The notes beneath the pieces were generated by a model. The model had not been told where the DNA came from. It did not search any database and saw only the letters and a list, made by a program, of their open reading frames with translations. From contig JAJRTR010000026.1 in assembly GCA_024278215.1 (NCBI GenBank), forward strand, positions 1 through 54,223: a DNA stretch of 54,223 nt, written 5' to 3'. Each line of letters begins with the position of its first letter. The first letter of the stretch is position 1. Source of the stretch: a bacterium (GTDB lineage Bacteria; UBP15; UBA6099; JAJRTR01). Below, in pieces: positions 50,267 through 54,223 of this stretch. The position numbers were made by a program, and so were the translations under genes.

Positions 50267-52138
50267 TCAAAATCTCATTTTCATTCCTGTCCTCAGGATG
50301 TCGAGTTTATAATTGTAATACTGGCTTATCGCATCCGAGAACTTTATTCTGTCCCAGCCCAGCGAACAGGAATATACACTGTCGAAGATGTATTCCATCC
50401 CCAGTCCGTATTCCATTTTTTGCGTATCCAGCGACTGCCCGCTTGCGTCGGAATCGTAATAGGAACCGGAAACAGTGAACCTGCCCGGCCTTAAGCTCCA
50501 GCGCAACTCTCCGCCGATTCGCTTGTATTCCGTCGATGTCAGGCGAATAGTATCGTCGTTCCTATTCTTGCTGTATGAGAACGAAACGCCGACCGAATCG
50601 CGGAAAGACATATAGACCGAAAACATGAGAACATCTGTTTCGAGCAATGTCCCCGGTGCGGTGTACTCGATGTCGGACCAACCGGCTGTCACCCTTGTCT
50701 TCGAGAAATACGTCGCGATGGGCGGCAACAGAATAGTCGCATGAATATTGTCCGACTCCGAAACTATTCCGCTTGTTCTCACTAGTTTTGTTTTCCTGTA
50801 TGTAAGTGCGGGCAGGTAATCTTTAACCGAAAAAGTGACGAAAGCGTTTCCCCGCTTTGTTTTATCTTCTGCGATGTACGCCGCGGTTGTCGTGTCGCTG
50901 TAGTACTCCTCGTAGAGGCCGCCGACCCTCGCCCAGTTGACCGGTTCGTAGACCCCTTCGCCGCGAATCCCTTCCCTGTTGCTGTTGAGATACTTCGATG
51001 TGCCGTCGGAAACGGGAAGGAAAAATTCGCCGACATCATAAGCTTTCAATGAGCCGCGCACTTTATTGACGCGGCCGTTTAATGTTAATGAATAAGCAGT
51101 GTCGTGGTGGGCGTCCGTCTCGCCGTCTACCCGCCTGTTGTTCATGGCCGTCTCGACTTCTGCCGAGAAATCTTCATTGTAATCGTACCTGTGCACGAAG
51201 CTCAGTATGGCGTCTTCGGAAGGTGCGGATATTGTGCTGTAATGCGCGTCGTCGTATTCGCGGGCTTTCAGCAATGTAAGAGACGAATGGTTTTTCGAAT
51301 TCCACGAGTAGCCGCCCCTGACGCCATATGTCATCTGTCTGAAATCGCCGTCGATGCCGGGGTCCTGCGTACGACCGGAAAATGCTTCGAGCGACCACGA
51401 GCGGTAATTTCTATTGATCTTGATCCCCTCGATGTCCGCGCCCGCAATTGTGAAATCCGAAAGATCGATGCGGAAACTTCCAAGTTTCGCGTCGAAATTA
51501 TCGTCACGATAAGTCAAGGCTGCGCGGTCGATGGAAACGTCCGTGTACGGCTGGGTGTACCGCCTGTAGGATGCCCCGATTACGCGCCCCTCCGACACAT
51601 TCGTGAAACTGAAATCCGTGTTGCTCTTTGTCCCTTCGCGCTCGCTGAAAAACCTTGCCACATCAAAACCCGCTTGCGGGACATAGTCGGCTGAAACATA
51701 ATCGGTAGCTACACTGAGGCTGCCTGTGGTGCTGTCTCTTCGCGGCTTCCACGCCGGCTCCGCTCCGATGATTGTGAATGACCATGTGACAGGCCCGAAA
51801 CGCCTGCCGTCCGTGCGGTCGGCCGCAACTGAGATTACGTGTTTGCCTGTCGAAAGAGTGCCGTCGGGACGATAAATAATATAGTTTTTCGTGACATCCG
51901 ATTCAGTAGTAACATCCGCGCCGTCTATCTTGATGAAAACTGTATCTGGAATAACGGATACGCCTATGTTTTCGAGGTCCAGCGCGATCACAGGCCTGCT
52001 CTCCTTAACCGTCATGTTCGGAAATGGATAAAGAGAATCGGCGAAGGTCCCGGAGGCATTTTCTCCCACAGCCGACGCTGCGGAGCACAACATAAAAGAA
52101 ATAAATATCATGAAAAACAAAAGCGATGTTTTTTTCAA
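50267..52138 (-). CDS. Putative outer-membrane beta-barrel protein with N-terminal Ig-like domain
   Basis: TTG start with GAGGAG; signal peptide ..CSAASA; Tyr/Gly-rich alternating strands; C-terminal GMKMRF resembles a beta-signal. Confidence 0.7.
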   Translation of the reverse strand: MKKTSLLFFMIFISFMLCSAASAVGENASGTFADSLYPFPNMTVKESRPVIALDLENIGVSVIPDTVFIKIDGADVTTESDVTKNYIIYRPDGTLSTGKHVISVAADRTDGRRFGPVTWSFTIIGAEPAWKPRRDSTTGSLSVATDYVSADYVPQAGFDVARFFSEREGTKSNTDFSFTNVSEGRVIGASYRRYTQPYTDVSIDRAALTYRDDNFDAKLGSFRIDLSDFTIAGADIEGIKINRNYRSWSLEAFSGRTQDPGIDGDFRQMTYGVRGGYSWNSKNHSSLTLLKAREYDDAHYSTISAPSEDAILSFVHRYDYNEDFSAEVETAMNNRRVDGETDAHHDTAYSLTLNGRVNKVRGSLKAYDVGEFFLPVSDGTSKYLNSNREGIRGEGVYEPVNWARVGGLYEEYYSDTTTAAYIAEDKTKRGNAFVTFSVKDYLPALTYRKTKLVRTSGIVSESDNIHATILLPPIATYFSKTRVTAGWSDIEYTAPGTLLETDVLMFSVYMSFRDSVGVSFSYSKNRNDDTIRLTSTEYKRIGGELRWSLRPGRFTVSGSYYDSDASGQSLDTQKMEYGLGMEYIFDSVYSCSLGWDRIKFSDAISQYYNYKLDILRTGMKMRF

Positions 52139-52148
52139 AACATTCTCC

Positions 52149-53918
52149 TCAATAATCGAACAGGGGCGGTGCGTCAGGCAGCAGAGTGAGTATTGCACTG
52201 CCTGAAATACCCATGCTCGTCGCAGTTATCGTAACAGGATTCACAACACTTCCGATACCTGCATGAAATGTCGTAGACACGGTTCCGCCGCTTGCCGTAA
52301 GTGTCGTGCCTGTGAGGTAGCCGCCCGATGTCGACACAAGCGTGACACCGACACCGTCCACAGGCTCGCTCAACAGATTAAGTGCCGTGACCGTCACGGA
52401 AGCGGTGCTGACATTATCCGCCACAATCGACGCGGGGCTCACTGTCACAATTACGAACGCCACACGCTCGGGATCAATAACCCTGTCGAGTATCTCGAAA
52501 GATTCCGCGCCGTCGGCATCACGCGCTGTCACAATGATTCGCGTCTCGGTATGGTCCAACGAAATAGTGTGGCTGAAACTGCCGTCGTCCATGACATCAA
52601 CCCGCTCGTTGTTTATAGTCAACACAGCGCCTGGATCGGTTTTCCCGGTTACAGTGCAATAGAATGTCGTGCCGCTTATGCTGCATACGCCCGAACTGTC
52701 ATCGAAGCGCTTGCTCGGACTCGTCACGATCAGCTTGGGGCTGCCCGGCTCGCGGTATATTTTTATTGTTGCGGATTCCTTTTTCCCGTGGTATTCCGCC
52801 GCGACGTGTATCCTGTTTTCACCGGGTGATAGCGCGACAGTTTTTGTGAAGTAACGGTCACCCGGCTTTAATGCGACACCGACACCATTCACCGATACGT
52901 GCGCACCGGGAATCGTATAACCAGCCACATCGACGAATGATTTCTGTGTGGCGGTGCCATAGGGGGGCGTCACCAGCGACAGCAGTCCTGCTCCCGCCGG
53001 TGTGCCCGGCGCGGAGTCGTCGATGTATCGCTCATAAACAACATTTCTTATCTTCGTCGTCCGCGTTCCGCCCGCGCCCGCCGCGTCGATTACTATTTTA
53101 TTTGTGCCCTGCGAAAGCTCGACTGGCGAATCGAACGCGCCGTCCTGCCCCATATCCACCGGACTGCCGTTTACCGTGACCGTCGAACCCGGCGAAGCCG
53201 ACCCCTGTATATTCATGTACGGTACATCTACTGTTACATCGCCAATCGGCTCGAATAATTTCAGTTCCGGAGCACCTATGCCGACCGGCAGATTCTTTTC
53301 AGCAGTTAGATAATCTATCGTTGTTTTCGCGTCGGGATAACGCCCCATTTTCACACGTGTTGTTTCCCTGCGGTTAAGCGTGACCCTGCCGCCGATGCGA
53401 CCGGAAACTTCGACAGCACCTTCGAAAACAGTAATGACCGCGGTGTCGTCTGTCGTGGCTTCAACAGAGAAGACCGCTTCGTCCGCTTCGGTAAGTGCCG
53501 ACGAAGTGCGAATATTGAATCTCGAAAAGATTTTATCCGACTGCCCGCCTCCGGCGAACACTTTCCCCTTGAGAAGATACAGTGAAGATATTTCGGCTCC
53601 TGATTCCGGTCTTACCTCAAGCTGCGATATTGTCAATTCCGAGTCCGGCCCGAGTTCGACCACGTTGCCGAATCCCCACCCGATAACACACTTCGAGCCC
53701 GCGCCTGTTTTGATTGTCGATTCCGCTGCCATCTTATCGCCGGTTTTCAGTTCTTGCCATTCGCCACCAGCGCCCCGCTCGATCTGAACAGTGCCTTCGA
53801 CATTTTTCGCACTCGCTTTGAGACCGATGGTCATCTCCGCGTGTGCTGTTGCGGCGTACAGCAGCAGAACAACTGCAAACGCCGCTATGATTATCACATT
53901 TATATGGCGATGCGCCAT
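52149..53918 (-). CDS. Secreted FecR-domain protein with tandem Ig-like domains and C-terminal invasin/Big_1-like domain
   Basis: Signal peptide ..TAHA; VEGTVQI, IKTGAGS, ELGPDSEL, VFEGAVEV (FecR); TVNG...LSQGTNKI and LSPGENRI Ig repeats; SIVADNVSTASVTVT; RBS GGAGG. Confidence 0.85.
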   Translation of the reverse strand: MAHRHINVIIIAAFAVVLLLYAATAHAEMTIGLKASAKNVEGTVQIERGAGGEWQELKTGDKMAAESTIKTGAGSKCVIGWGFGNVVELGPDSELTISQLEVRPESGAEISSLYLLKGKVFAGGGQSDKIFSRFNIRTSSALTEADEAVFSVEATTDDTAVITVFEGAVEVSGRIGGRVTLNRRETTRVKMGRYPDAKTTIDYLTAEKNLPVGIGAPELKLFEPIGDVTVDVPYMNIQGSASPGSTVTVNGSPVDMGQDGAFDSPVELSQGTNKIVIDAAGAGGTRTTKIRNVVYERYIDDSAPGTPAGAGLLSLVTPPYGTATQKSFVDVAGYTIPGAHVSVNGVGVALKPGDRYFTKTVALSPGENRIHVAAEYHGKKESATIKIYREPGSPKLIVTSPSKRFDDSSGVCSISGTTFYCTVTGKTDPGAVLTINNERVDVMDDGSFSHTISLDHTETRIIVTARDADGAESFEILDRVIDPERVAFVIVTVSPASIVADNVSTASVTVTALNLLSEPVDGVGVTLVSTSGGYLTGTTLTASGGTVSTTFHAGIGSVVNPVTITATSMGISGSAILTLLPDAPPLFDY

Positions 53919-54025
53919 GATATTCCTCCCGATTTTTAATCAATATTCATGGAGCGTATGTAAATAATTTCGATCTCACTTTGAACAGAATTCTGCAATT
54001 GACTCGATCCATATAAGACATACTA

Positions 54026-54055
54026 AATATACCATTATCAAACAGACAATGACAA
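54026..54055 (-). promoter_or_regulatory. Putative promoter of the FecR-barrel-adhesin operon
   Basis: Minus strand TTGTCA-N18-TATATT with TG extended -10; consensus match only. Confidence 0.35.
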
Positions 54056-54082
54056 TAAAGAAAGGGAAATGTGAAGCATAAC

Positions 54083-54223
54083 GAGCCAATTGCAAAATTA
54101 TGTTCGTAGCGAGGTCGAGCGAAATTGTTCAGAGCAAGGCGGAGGTGTAAAATCCTCGCAGGCGTACTTGTAGAGTACGTCGAGGACGATTTCGCGCCGA
54201 CAACGCAGCTATGGACAATAGCA
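54083..54223 (+). mobile_element. Second copy of the 177-bp MITE, truncated by the window end
   Basis: GAGCCAATTGCAAAATTATGTTCGTAGCGAGGTCGAGCG... closely matches 10256-10395. Confidence 0.85.

Overview
A 54.2 kb bacterial chromosomal segment, probably from a diderm given the likely outer-membrane barrel gene. Anaerobic-type sulfatase maturase and B12 radical SAM genes are present; I cannot name the taxon. Housekeeping and metabolic genes include valS, lon, rnz, thiL, folC, lipA, a lipoate ligase, a sulfatase plus maturase, an HDAC-family deacetylase and sugar ABC components. Accessory modules: (1) a REP-associated tyrosine transposase (RAYT) with 37-bp REP hairpins, an array of half-REPs and a neighbouring ~135-bp multi-hairpin IS200/IS605-like mini-element; (2) a Cys-rich type IV pilin cluster (major pilin, minor pilins, pilD) ending in a 1039-aa PilX/ComZ-like tip pilin with long hydrophobic insertions; (3) an ABC-ATPase + TOPRIM(DUF4276-like) pair, a candidate defence system; (4) a FecR/Ig protein + beta-barrel + giant (~3400 aa) six-propeller FG-GAP surface protein operon. 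The ORF track splits the giant gene in two, but it is one reading frame broken by a single in-frame TAG. There are also at least three other small repeat families (one a 177-bp MITE) and an intergenic sRNA candidate. No rRNA, tRNA or CRISPR array was seen. Both window ends fall in repeats, suggesting contig ends. All calls come from reading motifs by eye; no database search was run.
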